Assembly: GCF_016433145.1 (NCBI RefSeq)
Contig: NC_058134.1
Span: 6,561,290-6,625,289 of the forward strand
DNA: 64,000 nt
DNA from: Gracilinanus agilis
Lineage: Eukaryota
Direction: 5' to 3'
How positions within the stretch are numbered: position 1 is the first letter of the stretch; each line of letters opens with the position of its first letter. Below the pieces are notes generated by a model, which ran no database searches, had not been told where the DNA came from, and saw nothing but the letters and a program-made list of their open reading frames with translations. Below are positions 36,747 to 49,841 of this stretch, piece by piece. A program made the translations under genes and the position numbers.

Positions 36747-38126
36747 GATATATCTCCTTATATCTCTATCTGTCTCTGTTTGTCTATCATGTACTTATCT
36801 ATAATCACTATCTTTAGAGTCTTGGGTTCAAATCTCAGGTCTGACAGTCACAAGCTCTGTGACCCTGAGAAAGTGACTTCATCTTCTGGCTCTCAGTTTT
36901 TTCATCTGTAAACTGGGGATAGAAATCTTTCTACCAGAAATGTCATGTGGAAAATTGAAATCTGTTAATGATATTTTTTGGCAACAATTTTCTTTCTAAT
37001 TCCAAGTGACTGGACTAGCTAGTATGAATAGTGGAAGCAGCCCAAGTCTGACAGACTCGAGGGCACACGTGAACAGGCAGGGGAAGGAGTTAAGAGATGT
37101 GGCCCATTTCACACTGACTGCCCTCGAGAACTCATAGTATCGGGGGAGGAAGAAGAGGGAACTGGAGCCAAATGTAGAGCTCCGCTTCAGCCCTGGCTGA
37201 TCACATCGATGCTAGAGCTCTTCACAGAAAGATGTCAGGAGAATGTTTTTGGAGGGGGTCGGTCAGGGTGAACCCATGGTTAGGGCAGAAGAACTCTGGG
37301 ATGCAAAAGAGACTGTTTCTAAGAAGGTGCAATATTATAACCAACATTAGGGAAATTCCTATTTCTAAAACAGACACAGAGACCAACGTATCTGGAATTG
37401 CAGATAGATTCCTGCAAACGTCAACAGTGGTCAGGGTGGGAGAAGTTTGGAAGGGCGAGCCTCAACCATGTAGACAATTGGGAGTTACTGCAGGTTTTGG
37501 AGGAGGGGGATGCTGCGAGGTGCTCTTTCCTGAGCGAGGACCTGCCTGATGGCAGCAGCACAGGATAGCTGGAAGAAACAGGAGCCTGGAGGCAGGGAGA
37601 GGGACAATCCGAGGGGCACCGGGATAGGCGTCCAGAGACAAAGATGACGAAACAATGGGCAGCAGAGGAGCATCAAGGCAAGACTGAAAAATACAGGAAC
37701 AAAAGTCTTGAGTACAATCCGTGAAAATAAAACCACTGAATCCTAGAGGTAGAGCAGGAAGAGAATGAGAATCCAGAGGGTTCAAAGGTACATATGTTGA
37801 CCCTGAAACCGTGGTCTCTGATGTCTCAAGCGGATTGTACCTGGCACGGATATAAGAGGAAAACAACACAAGAAGTGCTACCCACCTAAGGGGGCTCTCC
37901 TGGGAGTCAGAAGGCGCCCCCTCAGTCCAGCGTCTTGGGCAGAAGCTGGATAGATGCTCCTGGGGTATAAGGACAAGGTTGCTCAGACACCTTTCTTTTT
38001 CTGGTTTTTATCCACCTACGTTTAGCAGAGTGCCTGGCACAGAAGAGGCATCTAATAAATGTTTCCCAAATCAAAGTGAATTGAATTCAACTAGATGAAA
38101 CCTTTTCTGAAACTAAAGTCATATAA

Positions 38127-38325
38127 TTTTTTTTTTAACCCTTACCTTCCATCTTGGAATCAATACTGTGTATTGGCTCCAAGGCAGAAGAGTGGGAAGG
38201 GTAGGCAATGGGGGTCAAGTGATTAGCCCAGGGTCACACAACTAGGAATTGTCTGAGGCCAGATTTGAACCTAGGACCCCTCGTCTCTAGGCCTGACTCT
38301 TAATCCACTGAGCTACCCAGCTGCC
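38127..38325 (-). mobile_element. Long-tail SINE (SINE1_Mdo-like)
   Basis: Poly-T, aacccttaccttccatcttggaatcaatactgtgtattggctcc ... gagctacccagctgcc. Confidence 0.93.
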
Positions 38326-38785
38326 GCTGTATAAGGTACATCTTGACTGCCATAGTCTTAGCTCCCAGGGCTTGCTGGTTCCAGCTGCCCTGTGCTACTG
38401 CTTATCACCCAAATGGAACCTCTTCTGATCCCTCCTGTGGCAAGGACTGCCTCCTCCTCTGGTTCTCCTGGGCAGTCCTAGATAGAGACCCTGAATGGAC
38501 ACCTTTTGTATATTCTCAGAACCCAGCGGTGTCTTGTGTGCAACAGGCGAAAAAGAAAGATTTGCTCACATGGAGGGGCCCAGGAAGTTGTACATCATGG
38601 AAGTATCGGAAACTAAAAAAGCAATGTGTTACTGGTCTTAATTACAAGTACAATTTCTTAGCAGAGATCTTGATAATCAATGTAGAATTACAAATAATGG
38701 CCTTGGTGAGTAAACATGTTCATTCTTGAAATAAGCAAGAGAGCGCTCTACCCTGGCCTGAGGGCAGAGGCTAAAGAGGCTAAAG

Positions 38786-38983
38786 CAGTGGTTCCCAGAC
38801 TTTTTTGGCCTACCACCCCCTTTCCAGAAAAAAAAAAAATATTACTTAGCGCTCCTGGAAATTATGAAACTATTTATTGAACTCAGAGTAGAATGTAATA
38901 CAAAAAAAGCGTGGCCATCACCGCTCCCCTGGATCTCTGCAGCACCCACCAGGGGGCGATAGCGACCACTTTGGGAATCACTG
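38786..38983. mobile_element. Non-autonomous hAT (Charlie-type) DNA transposon / MITE, 198 bp
   Basis: Terminal inverted repeats cagtggttccca ... tgggaatcactg (1 mismatch in 12) and an exact 8-bp TSD ggctaaag at 38778-38785 and 38984-38991. An 8-bp TSD with CAG ends is typical of hAT-Charlie. Confidence 0.93.
38946..38958 (+). promoter_or_regulatory. CTCF core motif inside the MITE
   Basis: CCACCAGGGGGCG matches the CTCF core consensus CCASYAGRKGGCR at every position. Confidence 0.6.
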
Positions 38984-40934
38984 GGCTAAAGCATCTGGGC
39001 TTCCAAACACTGGTCAGAGAAGGGCAAGTGGAAGGGGAGGCAGAAGGAAAGATTTCAAAGTGAGATCCTCAAAGGCACAAGAGATCTCAGAGAATCTCCC
39101 TCATCCTTTCCCTCTCCCTCTTCCTCTCTCAGTCTCTGTCTCTATTTCTCCGTCAAGGTTTTTCCCACGTGGTTCTGTCTCTCCATGACTGATTCTGTGA
39201 GGTCTCCTCCAGCTCCAAGATCTGATGCTTCTGAAATCTATAATTACTTTGTTCTAATGAGATCAGGGTGATAAAACAAAAATCTCCCCATCCGATCACT
39301 TTGGAGCAGTCAGTATCTTCAAGTGTCGTACTAGCTGTAGTCCCAGGGTCTCTTGCGCCTGCTGTTTCCAGGCTCCAATAAGGCATTAGGCCCAAAGGAA
39401 GGTATCAGTCAGCGCCAAAACAAAGAAGCATGCTAAGCTTCCCATTCTCTCAGGCACTGGACACACTTGGGGTCTCTGCAGATTGCAGGAAGGAGTTCAT
39501 TTTTTCTTCATTAAAGACCTGTTCTCTGTGGCCTAATAGCCTGTTAAACATGGCTTCAGTGACAAAAAGGAACGAGCCCCCAGACAACCAAAAAGACCTA
39601 AATCAAGTTGCTCATAGAGGTTACTAAATGCTAACTGAGGAGCTAGACTGAGGCTAAGTCCAGGCTGGTCGTGGACGATTCTGCTTTTGGTTCATAAAAA
39701 AGCAGAGGGACAGAATGGTAGCATTGGCTGTGGACACTGACCTTCCTGGTCACCTTTTCTGAACTTCTCTGGGTTCAGAGAACCTGACAGATGGTCCTCC
39801 GTCTCTGGCTCGTGCCCCCAGTGGTGAAGAGTCTGTTACCTATTTTTTTTTTTTTTTTTTTTGTGAATTCTATCATTACTCGGTTATTGTAAGCCCAGTT
39901 CCATGGGCTTGTGCAGTGAACATTGGTTGTTCACTAGGGCCAGTGCCTGATAATTAGGAGCAGAGGGAGAAAAAATATTTGAAAAAACAATCATCTAACA
40001 GTAGATAAGACACAATGGAATTATTATAGATCCAAATTATGTAGTAAGTGTATTCAATTAATGCAAAGCAAAGAGTTATTATTGCAAGGTCCAAGTCAAT
40101 GGTTCAATCTCAGGTTCTTTGAACTTTTAAAAACAGATTTCCATAATTATAGTTGATTTCCATTGTCATTCCATGTGCTTCATGCAAACATCCTTCTAAG
40201 CTTTTCATTAGAGATTAAGAAAAGGAAAAGAACCTTGGTAGACTTCATGGAGGAGGCAACATTTGAGCTGGGAGTTCAATTTGTACTTCTGGTCACATCT
40301 ATTATAGGGTGTTTGTTGTTGTTTCTCTCAACTCCTGTTTCCAAGACAACTTTTCAGATATTTTTGTTCTGTGACTTCCTTTGATCTTCTCTCTCCCGAA
40401 CTATATCCTTGTTCTGGTCATTTGTCTGATCCTGTTTTTAATTCATGTAAATTCCAAAAGCCCTAGCCACAGAAATTTTAAGGATATAAATAATTTGCTC
40501 ATTTAATCAACCATTCACTACGCATTGAGTAACGGCTCTGTGCTAGATATCATGTAAAGGGCTGGGCAGAAAAGATCAAAAATGATCTGGTGTCTGTCTT
40601 CAAGAAAGGTATAGTCTATCAGGGAGATATCGCTTAATTATATAAATTACTCCTGATAACACTTAGAAGCATTGTCCAGTGCTGAGAGCTAGAACTCTCC
40701 ATCCTCACTGGCCTTCTCTCTATGTCCTCCACTTTGATCATCACCTCCAAGTCAGGCACCTAGAATTGGAAATTCTATTCTAGCTCTAGCTAGTATGATC
40801 AACCCAAAGTCTAGAGGGAATATCATTTTCCCATCAAATGAACAATCAGGACAAATACTTGGTAACCCCAATGACTAGGAATCTGCAAAAATGAGGACTG
40901 CATCATCCCCTCCCCTCACTCTCCTACACATGAA

Positions 40935-41178
40935 ATTATGGCGACCAAAATGAGCAGAACATTATATATAGCAACAGAAATGTTATTGGAAGAATAACTT
41001 GTGTATGTCCACACTCAGTAAGAGAACTTACATAAAGAAACAAGCAAGACATAGTTTGTTATATACAAACTTTTTTTGTCAAGTGATACCTTCTCTAATG
41101 TAAGGAGGGTGGAGAGGTAAAGAGATAACTGGGAACATTAATGTAACAAACAAACAAACAAATAAATAAAATAAAAAT
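40935..41178 (+). mobile_element. Old L1 3' end
   Basis: aaaatgagcagaacattatatatagcaacag...aggagggtggagagg followed by an (aaac)n/(aaat)n tail. Confidence 0.7.
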
Positions 41179-42299
41179 GAATAGGATTTTGCAAGTTCCC
41201 TTATTTTTTCCTAGGTCTCAGTTTTACTCGTCTTCAAAATGGGAATAACAGTACTCTCCAGTTTTTCCTTATTTTCTATATCTCTAAATGCTATAGAGAT
41301 GTGAGGGAATTAGTTTGTTTCTTCACAAGACAAAAGAAGTAAAGCCTGAGCATTGGCTTCTAACTTGGTGAATAATTCTGGGTAATGTGATGATTTCTGT
41401 CATAATTCTATGATGAATTAGCCATGTTTGAAGCGACAATCCACAATTTCCAATATATGATCTCATCTCAAATTAATATGTCAGATGTGTATTCTATGAT
41501 CTTAGACATGAGAAAAAGGGAGACATACAGAAAAAGGACCCAAGTCACAATGGCATCACCGTTCTCCCAGTCCCTAGGTTTGCCATCTTGGAGTCATCTT
41601 TAATGCCTCCATCTCTCTCCCAATTCATAACTCATTAAGGAATGTACTCTCCATTTTACAATTACTTAATGTGTGTCTGTGTGTGTTGATTTTTTATCTC
41701 CCTCAAGAAAATATAAGATCACTGAAAGCAGGAACTATTTCCCTTTTGCCTTTGTATTTCTAGTGCCTACTATAGTGTCTAGCACACAGTGGGTGCAAAT
41801 ACTTTTCTTTTTCCCCCTTTTTCTTAGAGGTAGTTGCTACCACTCTAAGAAACATCTTAATCCCTATAATCAATGATATTTATTATTTTATGTATTAAAA
41901 GCCAAAACAAAACAAGGCCTTATACATTTCATATAAAAGTTCTGGTTTTTATGTAGTTTCTTACTCATATTAACTTTCTTGATCAGTGACTTGGGGCAAA
42001 CAGTATAGAGTTAGTTACAAGATATTTTGTGACAGTAGGTAGAGTATGCTCATGTGGAGATGAGAAAGGGAGGCAACTGTCATACAAAAACGAGCACAAC
42101 AAATGGTCAGCCTCCAAGGAAGAACCCAGAGGGAGGGCAGAGTGAATACTTCAATTATTTATTGAGCTATTTTGTAGAAAGAGCATTCACCTTTTTCTTC
42201 TTCGCCCCAAGGTCATTGATGATACAGATGTGTAGAAGTGATGGAAATTTGGGTTCAATTTATAGATACGACACCTGATCTTAGCCAGAAGACCGAGAA

Positions 42300-42530
42300 G
42301 TGAGAGCATTCAATTTATAGAGAAAGTATTCTAATGATTAGAAATGTCCAAGATGTAAAAACCTGAGCTGGAGAAAGTGAGTTTCCTGTTCCTAGTGCTA
42401 TTTAAGCAGGGATTGGATGATTCCACTGAAGGATGTACTATATTGAGATTCATGCTATAGACAGGAATTGAGCAAAATAGTCTCCTCAGTACTCTTTAAG
42501 TCTGAGATTCTGAGAAGCAATAGTGGGGAG
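42300..42530 (+). mobile_element. CR1/L3 3' terminus
   Basis: agaaagtattctaatgattagaaatgtcca...tttaagcagggattggatga...gtctgagattctgaga resembles the L3 end. Confidence 0.7.
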
Positions 42531-43147
42531 GGAACAGCGATTGTTTCACTAATTCTCTTAAATACATATATGATAGTAATAGTTAATCTTTTCAATACTA
42601 AATTAAATTGCAGTGATAGGCTCGTTCTCATGCCAGGTTACTCTATTTCAGTGAGATATGGGACACCACTGTCTCCAAATAACTAACTCCAAGATCTCCA
42701 AAAGATGCAGGAGATACAATGTGGGATGTAAGAAAACTTTAACGTAGAACCAACAATGAGTTTCAAAGAACAGGCGTAAAGGATGCCCTCAAGGAATTGT
42801 GACAATTAGGGAAACAGAGAATGATCTTGGCTTAAAAGTAGGAGACAGCCAGAGTGCTCCATCCAGAGCTCCACTGGTGCCCATGTGACACTGGGAGAAA
42901 CTGAGGCAGGCTCCTGGCCAGTTGGGGGCACCCCTGGGAGAATGTTTGGGAAGACATGGGCAAGAGTGGTATAGAAGATGCAAAGAGAGATGGGCTATGA
43001 TTTGCATCACTGCAGGGGACTGAATGAATGAGATCCCAGGTCCAGTGGATGAAGAGCATTTCATAATCCCTGCCCTAACTTTGGTTTATATACTTGGTTA
43101 TTTCTTTGTTTTTCATGAGGAATTTGTTTTTTCTTGGCTCCTGCGGC

Positions 43148-43149
<2 letters not shown>

Positions 43150-43196
<47 letters not shown>
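43150..43196. repeat. (GAT)15 microsatellite
   Basis: Pure GAT run. Confidence 0.98.
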
Positions 43197-46100
43197 CATG
43201 ATTACTTATATCAGTTTAAAGGTTTATAAAGTGCTTTATAAATATGATTCCCTTTTATCTTATCATAGAGATAAAAATAATTTCCCCCTCATAAGTTTCT
43301 ACTAGCTTTCCCTTGAGTTTTCCCCAAAGTCCAAGGGGACACCAAGAGCGTTTTCCTGGGGGGTATAAAGGTTCTCTTTATCATGAAGGTAAACTTACTC
43401 AAGATGCCCCCACACACACACCCTGACACATGTAAGTTCCATTTGATTATAGATGTTTCAGGAGATATTAAAAATATGGGCAGGGCCAGGGTGGATGCAT
43501 GGCCTGGGGCCAGAGGCTGCGGGACAGAGTCCTATCCTGCCTTCTCTGAGCTTCTAGAGCAGTTTGGCCTTTAGCGAAGCCCCCTCATGAGTACTGATGG
43601 GCTCCTTAGGAGAGCTAAAACAAATAGTCTTCCAAGAAGAGGCTCCCCAAGTCAACACGATATTATTCATACAGAATCATAGAGCAGGGAACATTAGTCC
43701 AGATGGCCACAAAGCCACTGTTTTCTGTGTATTTTCATTACACCCACCATGAGTAAGTGAATCAGCTGCTGAAATTTTAGGGTTTAGAATTAATTATGGT
43801 CAATGGGGGAAAAAATAACCCTGAGCGTATTAGTATTGTCTCGGACTCACGTGTAAAGAAGAGCTGTTCCTTGCTGCCCCAGAGGTAGGAAGAATAGTGA
43901 CACTGATCCAATTAGTAATTAGATCCAATTATCCGTGCCATGGGATCACCTTAGAGAGGAGAGGAGCTTATAAGGCAGTAATTAGCCTCTGTGGAGACAG
44001 TATGAGCTTAGCCCAACTCACTCAGAATTCTGTTCTTTGTTTTCTGGAGTATCACAGAGACACAGAGTTTCATTTTGGAAAGGCTCTTAGGGGTGATCTC
44101 CTCCAGCCAATACAGGGGGAGAGGAAGCATTCTCTGGACAGCAGGGCTCTCCTGCGGCCTTTGGCGGAAGCCCTCCAATGAGAAGGAGCCCAGGGCCTCC
44201 GAGACCCCATTGGCCATCACCCTAATTGTTAGGATGCTTCTCCTCAATACCAAATGTGCCTCCCATGATTTCAGTCTGACTGCATTCCTATAAAGTCCTT
44301 TGTTTGTCATCTCAAGACGTTTCCGGGTTTCTTGCCTTATTCTACTCCAAGCAGCTAGTCCAAGCTCCTTGCTGCTCCTGCACAGGTTATTTCTGCTGTC
44401 ATCTCTCCTCACCTCTGCCTCTTAGGTCCTCCAGCTTCTACCAAGAGTGGGCTCAAATCCTACCTTCTGCAGGTGGCCTTAAGGTCCCACTCCCACGGCT
44501 AAAATGACCTTCCCGCCGCCCAGCACACGTCTTATGTACGCTGCATCTCCCGCATCAGAATATGTCATAGGATCCGAGGTGTACAGTTGGAGGGATTAGA
44601 GATCACGGAGAGGTTACTCTCACCTCACAAAGAGGAAACTGAGGCTAATTGACTTACCCTGGATTACACAAAAAGTATGCCTCTGGTCTTGCTAACTCCA
44701 AGCCAGAACTCTATTTATTCTCCCATCTAGTGGTCAGAGTTTTATACTGTGCTCTACTTTCTTGGTATCTGCATTGGTCAGCCTGGCCTGCCCAGATAAT
44801 TGAGTGACTGACTCACCCACTTCCCCCAGGGCTCTTAGTTCTTCCCAAAGAGGCCAAATGGAACAAGTCTTATCTTTTTTTCCACACACACCCTTCACAG
44901 AATTGAAAGGAATGATCTTGTCACTCCCTAGGATTATGTTCTCCAGAATAACAATCCTTGCTTTCTTCCTTTGGTCCCCAGTTACAAGGACATAAAGTCT
45001 ATCATCTTCCTAGATGACATCTTCTGAACAACCTTCCACTCATCCAAGACTTCCCTAAACCAGTGCACCCAGAAAGTGGCTTCTCGAGATGCAACTTAAC
45101 AAAGACACCCCAACAATCTATTGCTCCTTGATTCTTGGAAGCCACATCTCTCACCACAGCCCAAATTCCCATTATCTGATGGTCCCCAATCCACCCTGCT
45201 TACTGCTGCACAGCAGTTACTTGGTCTGTCTGAGAAAGAAAACACACCTTGACGTTTCTGATGGAAGAGGTTAGCTAAATCCTAAGCAATTGGAGATTTC
45301 GTGATCTCCATCCAACCACTTGTTCAATATTTACATTTGGGTTCTTTCTTGGGAAAGGAAACAACTCCCAAATGTCCTCATGGGAATTATCTCCATTCAT
45401 TCCAAAGCCCAGGGCACTAACCTTCCTTCCCAAAGAGTAAGTACCAAGTCCTTTCCACTCTTACAAAACAAGGGCAGAAGGACCATTTCTGAGCTACAGG
45501 GGTTGAGAAAGTGGTTTGGAAAAATGGATGGATTTTGGCGGAAATGGAACTGTGGCTATCCTAGATTGAGGTGAAATCCTTTGAGAATTCACCCAATCAC
45601 ACCATTCATTGCTACTGGCCAAGATATTTGCCCTGTCTTTGTTTCAATTTCTTCACTTCAAATATTTTGGATGGAGCTGGAGGAGCTAATCTCTAAGGTC
45701 TTTCCCATTTTGAGACCCCATTTGTTTCCGATTCAATGTGACTCTATGGAAACCCCACAATTACTTGCTGATGGATGCTTTATTCACAAGGTTTATTTGT
45801 TCCACATAGTTTCTTTGGCAACATTTCCCCCTTGGCATGCATCTCATGCAAATTCATGTAAAATCATAGGCAAAGCCTGGGACTAAAAGTCATCCTCAAG
45901 TGGAAGAACCATTGGGATGGTTTGCATGGAGGTGATATTTACAAAAGAGAAGCAAGTGCCCCGAAAAAAATTAAATTACAAATAACAGAGCCCATCGCAG
46001 AAGTGGGGAAATCAGAGAAAATGCCCTTTCTGCAGCTTCTTTTTCAGGCGTGGAAACAATGGGCACTGACTAGTGCATACTCCATTAGACACTGTCACCA

Positions 46101-46422
46101 TATTGGTAACCTGGTTAACTGCTTTTCTTTGTTACAGGGGAGGGCTCAATTTTAATGCCAAATAATTATGATGAAAGTACAAAAGGCATCAATAAATAGA
46201 CTCTAAATTTATCTGGAGCTCACACATTCTTGTCCTTTCTGTCAACCTTTCCGGCTCCTCAAAGGCCTAAAGACTGACTATCTTTTGCTCTTTTTTGTAT
46301 ACCCATCACTTGGTGTCAGGCACATACCAGGAGCTTAATAGAGATTTGTAGACTTGCCATGTATATAGTTCTTTAAGGTTTTTAAAGGGATTTCCCCATA
46401 TTACTTCATTTGGGCCTGTCAG

Positions 46423-46600
46423 ATAGCTGGGGGTGCAGTGGCTTAAGGCTAGTGTGGGAGTCAGGGAGACATTCGTTCGAGTTCCCCGTCAGACTTCGAA
46501 GCCTTGGGACCGTCTGATTCACTGAACGAATGTCCCCGACTTTCAGTTTCTTCAGAGGAGTTACTAGCATCGGCCTCCCGGGGCTGTGAGGGTCAAAGGA
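46423..46600 (+). mobile_element. Diverged MAR1/MIR-type SINE containing an internal inverted repeat
   Basis: agatagctgggggtgcagtgg...gagtcagggagac...gagttc...tcagac head, then tcagtttcttca and ggctgtgagggtcaaa core. Confidence 0.75.
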
Positions 46601-47428
46601 AATAACATTCAGAAAGTGCTCTGGAAATCTTGAAGCAATTGGTTAGTGCTATTGTTGTTGTTATTATTATGAAATCAGGGGAGTGCGACACGGTCGTACC
46701 ATTTTGCCAGTTGTATGAAGACAGATTGCATAGGAGGGCAGCTCAAGGGAATTTCCGCTATCACTCTGGATCTACTCAGTACCGTATTGTTCCGAAGCAA
46801 AACTGTACTCCAAGTTTGCACTGAAAAGGTAGAATTTTGGATCACCGTCTTAAGGTATGATTGACCTTTCGGAGCCTGAGTGTGGCTGGTGGGAGGGAAG
46901 AAAGAGCTGGCCTTCTTGGGGTGCTAATCAGCCGAGAAGGTGCCCTCCTGCAGCAAGATCCGGGAAACCCATATTTATGAGGATCTGTGATGTTCCTGGA
47001 ACTGGAAGGACCTGCCATCCCGAGCGAGATTAACACTGGGCTGAGGGTAGGGGATGCTGATTTAGGTGCTCTGCTCTCCCAGGTCGTTATTCAGAAGAGC
47101 TGAAATACTGCTTAACTTGGACATGAATAAAAGTTTGCAAAAGGTGATCTTTTTGTTTTTACATAATGGGGAAGTATGAAACGAACCCAAATCATTTATG
47201 CGTTGTTCAATAAGGGGGAAACGGTTTCCCTACCAAATACTCAGTTAATTGTGTTTACTGATGCAAAAGTAAGGTCAGGTGCCACAGCAGAGAGTGGCAG
47301 GAATGGAGTCTGTTTGGGCTTTCATGAGGCTCTTTGGGATGGCCGTTAACACACGTGCACATACCACATTTTATCATTCCAGTTGTTATTGCTGAAAAAG
47401 AAAATTATTCCTACTCTGAATAAATATT

Positions 47429-47797
47429 TTAAATTTTAATGAATTAATTAAGAATATTTCTCCATGGTTACATAATTTATGTTCTTTCCCTCCTCTCTTC
47501 CCTCCCCCTCCTGGAGCTGATGCGTATTTCCACTGGGTTTGACATGGGTCATTGATCAAGACCTATTTCCATATTATTGATATCTGCACTGGGGTGATTG
47601 TTTAGAGTCAGCATCCCCAATCCTATCCCCATTAACCCATGTGGCCAAGCACTTGTTTTTCTTCTGTGTTTCTACTCCCACAGTTCTTCCTCGGGATGTG
47701 GAGAGCATTCGTTCTCCTAAGACGCTCGGAATTGTCCTGGATCATTGCATTGTTACTAGTAGAGAAGTCTGTTATGTTCAATTGTGCCACAATTATG
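47429..47797 (-). mobile_element. 5'-truncated L1 3' UTR
   Basis: 15-bp TSD ctctgaataaatatt at 47414-47428 and 47798-47812. It is the reverse complement of the same family as 29409-29892. Confidence 0.95.
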
Positions 47798-49841
47798 CTC
47801 TGAATAAATATTAATGTGAGCACTTAGGCCTTGGTGAAAACTAGAGATCTCTTCATAAGTGTCCTGTTGCACAAAATCATACTAGCACAAAAGCTAATGC
47901 CACAGGCATTTTCCACGTAACTTGCAGAAAGACAAAGCTGAATCAATAGTCATTATATATAAGTTTACAAATATACATAAACATCTGATATAAATATATT
48001 TGGATTATATCCATTAGATACATATGCATTGTGGGGGGAATTGCACAGGCAGAATTTGCAAGGTTGGAGCAAGGAAACTGACAAGGGCAGTTGGAAGGGG
48101 GAGGGGAGAGGGATGGAGGAGAGGGACAGTGGCTCTCTCTGGACACTCTTTCCTGGTCTCTCGCCTAGAAACTACTCCTATTTCTGGGATTCTCACAACT
48201 GTTTCTCTGCTGGATTCCTGTGGATCGTACCACTGACTAAAAGGATTGAAGGGGTTGCTTGAACTGTAACGCCTGTTTTGGGGGGCATTAGCCCAAGGGG
48301 ACGAGCCAAACCAGCCCTGAAGGTAAGAAATCTCTGTTCCTCTCACTGCCTACTTGCAAAGACTTTGAACTTATAAAAGCTAGCATGGATCTAGTACAGA
48401 TTAGAAGCAAGGAACCCTCCCTAAGCCTGGGAGCCCTGGGCTCGGCTCAGACTCTGACAGAGACGGAAATCCCAATCTGAGCTTAAGTCTTTAAGGAAAG
48501 GGATTAGGATACACTGTACTTGGGGACCATGTGGAAGCCCGCGTCCTCCCTCCCTGCAGAAGCGGGGTGCGTGGCGAGGTGCTGTATGCAGACAAGCTAA
48601 CGAGGCGACCTGACTACTACTGTGGGGAGTCCGAGCCCTCTCCGAGCGGAGCCTCTTGCCTGGGAGGCAGAGCATCTTCCTCCATGGCCTTACTGAGAGA
48701 AGTGACGGGTACCTGACGTTTCCTAGATTGCTCGTACGTTTAGACATTGCCTCCACACAGCCAGACATGAAATACTGAGAATTAAAAGGCTCACAGAATG
48801 GTTTCCATACAGCGTTGGATGATGGTAGTTAATCCAGTTAGAGCTATAACGTTGTTTATTTTTCCCTATTTTGTCGGTACTACAAATGGCCTAAGTTGTG
48901 GGGCTAATCCCATATGGAGAAGAACAACAGATGGACTTAGATTTCAATTTTGGTGAAGTAAAGTAAATGCTGCAAGAGTCGAAAAGATGAAAAAAAGAAA
49001 GGCTTTGCGTTTAACAGAGAAGTCTCTCAAGAACTTAAGCTGGGATAAGATAAATGGCAACAGGGAGGTTCACAGCAGCCGGGGACAAGCTAGAATCCAT
49101 TAAAAACATGGAGACTCATGGGGGAATCTGAAAATCTGAAAACAAGAAAAGAGCTTACCTAGGTAGGGCCTGGGCCAGCCAAGCTCACTCCTCCATTCCT
49201 CTCCTGTGCAGTTTTGACTCGATGGACTTCTCCATCATGACCCAGAGCAGCTTTGTAATGATGAAAGATCCCTTCTCCCCTTTGCTCCCTTCTTCCAATG
49301 GTTGATTCCCTCCAAGAAACTCCATTTTAAGACGTGTTTAGGCGGCCACGCTCACTCCTTCATCCCTCTCCTAGATTCACTCATGACTTCTCCATCATTC
49401 CTGCTCCCCACACTTTACAGGTCCACATAAAGTGTATCTCCCCCTCCTCCGTTACAGAGTAAGAAGGAGGGGTTAGAACATGGGATTACACACACACACA
49501 CACACACACACATTTATATGACATGTATATACATGCTACATATATATACATATACACACATGCATAATAGAGAGAGAGACAGAGACAGAGGGTCAGACTG
49601 CCAAAGGCAAAGAGACAGAGGCAGAGGCAGAAATAGAGACACACAGTTAGAGACAGCGGATAGAGACAAAGTAAAGACACAGCTATAGAGAGAGATGTTT
49701 GGTAAGACATAGAGAAAATATATGATGTGGATCACAGGAGACAAAATACAAGAGAGAAGTCACCATTGAAACCCATGGCTATAAAGGTTCCCATGAAACT
49801 GCCCAAGAATTAAGAAATGTCAAGGAAATAATGTCCTTCCA

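Noticed and set aside
43024-43305. Poly-Asp ORF
   Set aside because: It derives from the (GAT)15 microsatellite.
47216-47230. Palindrome gggaaac-g-gtttccc, and a canonical kB site GGGAATTTCC at 46747-46756
   Set aside because: Isolated short motifs, with a few expected by chance at this window size.
49150-49175. Minus-strand TAG|GTAAGC as a recursive splice site (also CAG|GTAACT near 54430)
   Set aside because: The first has a weak pyrimidine tract with an AG just upstream. The second has a weak donor inside an L3 fossil.
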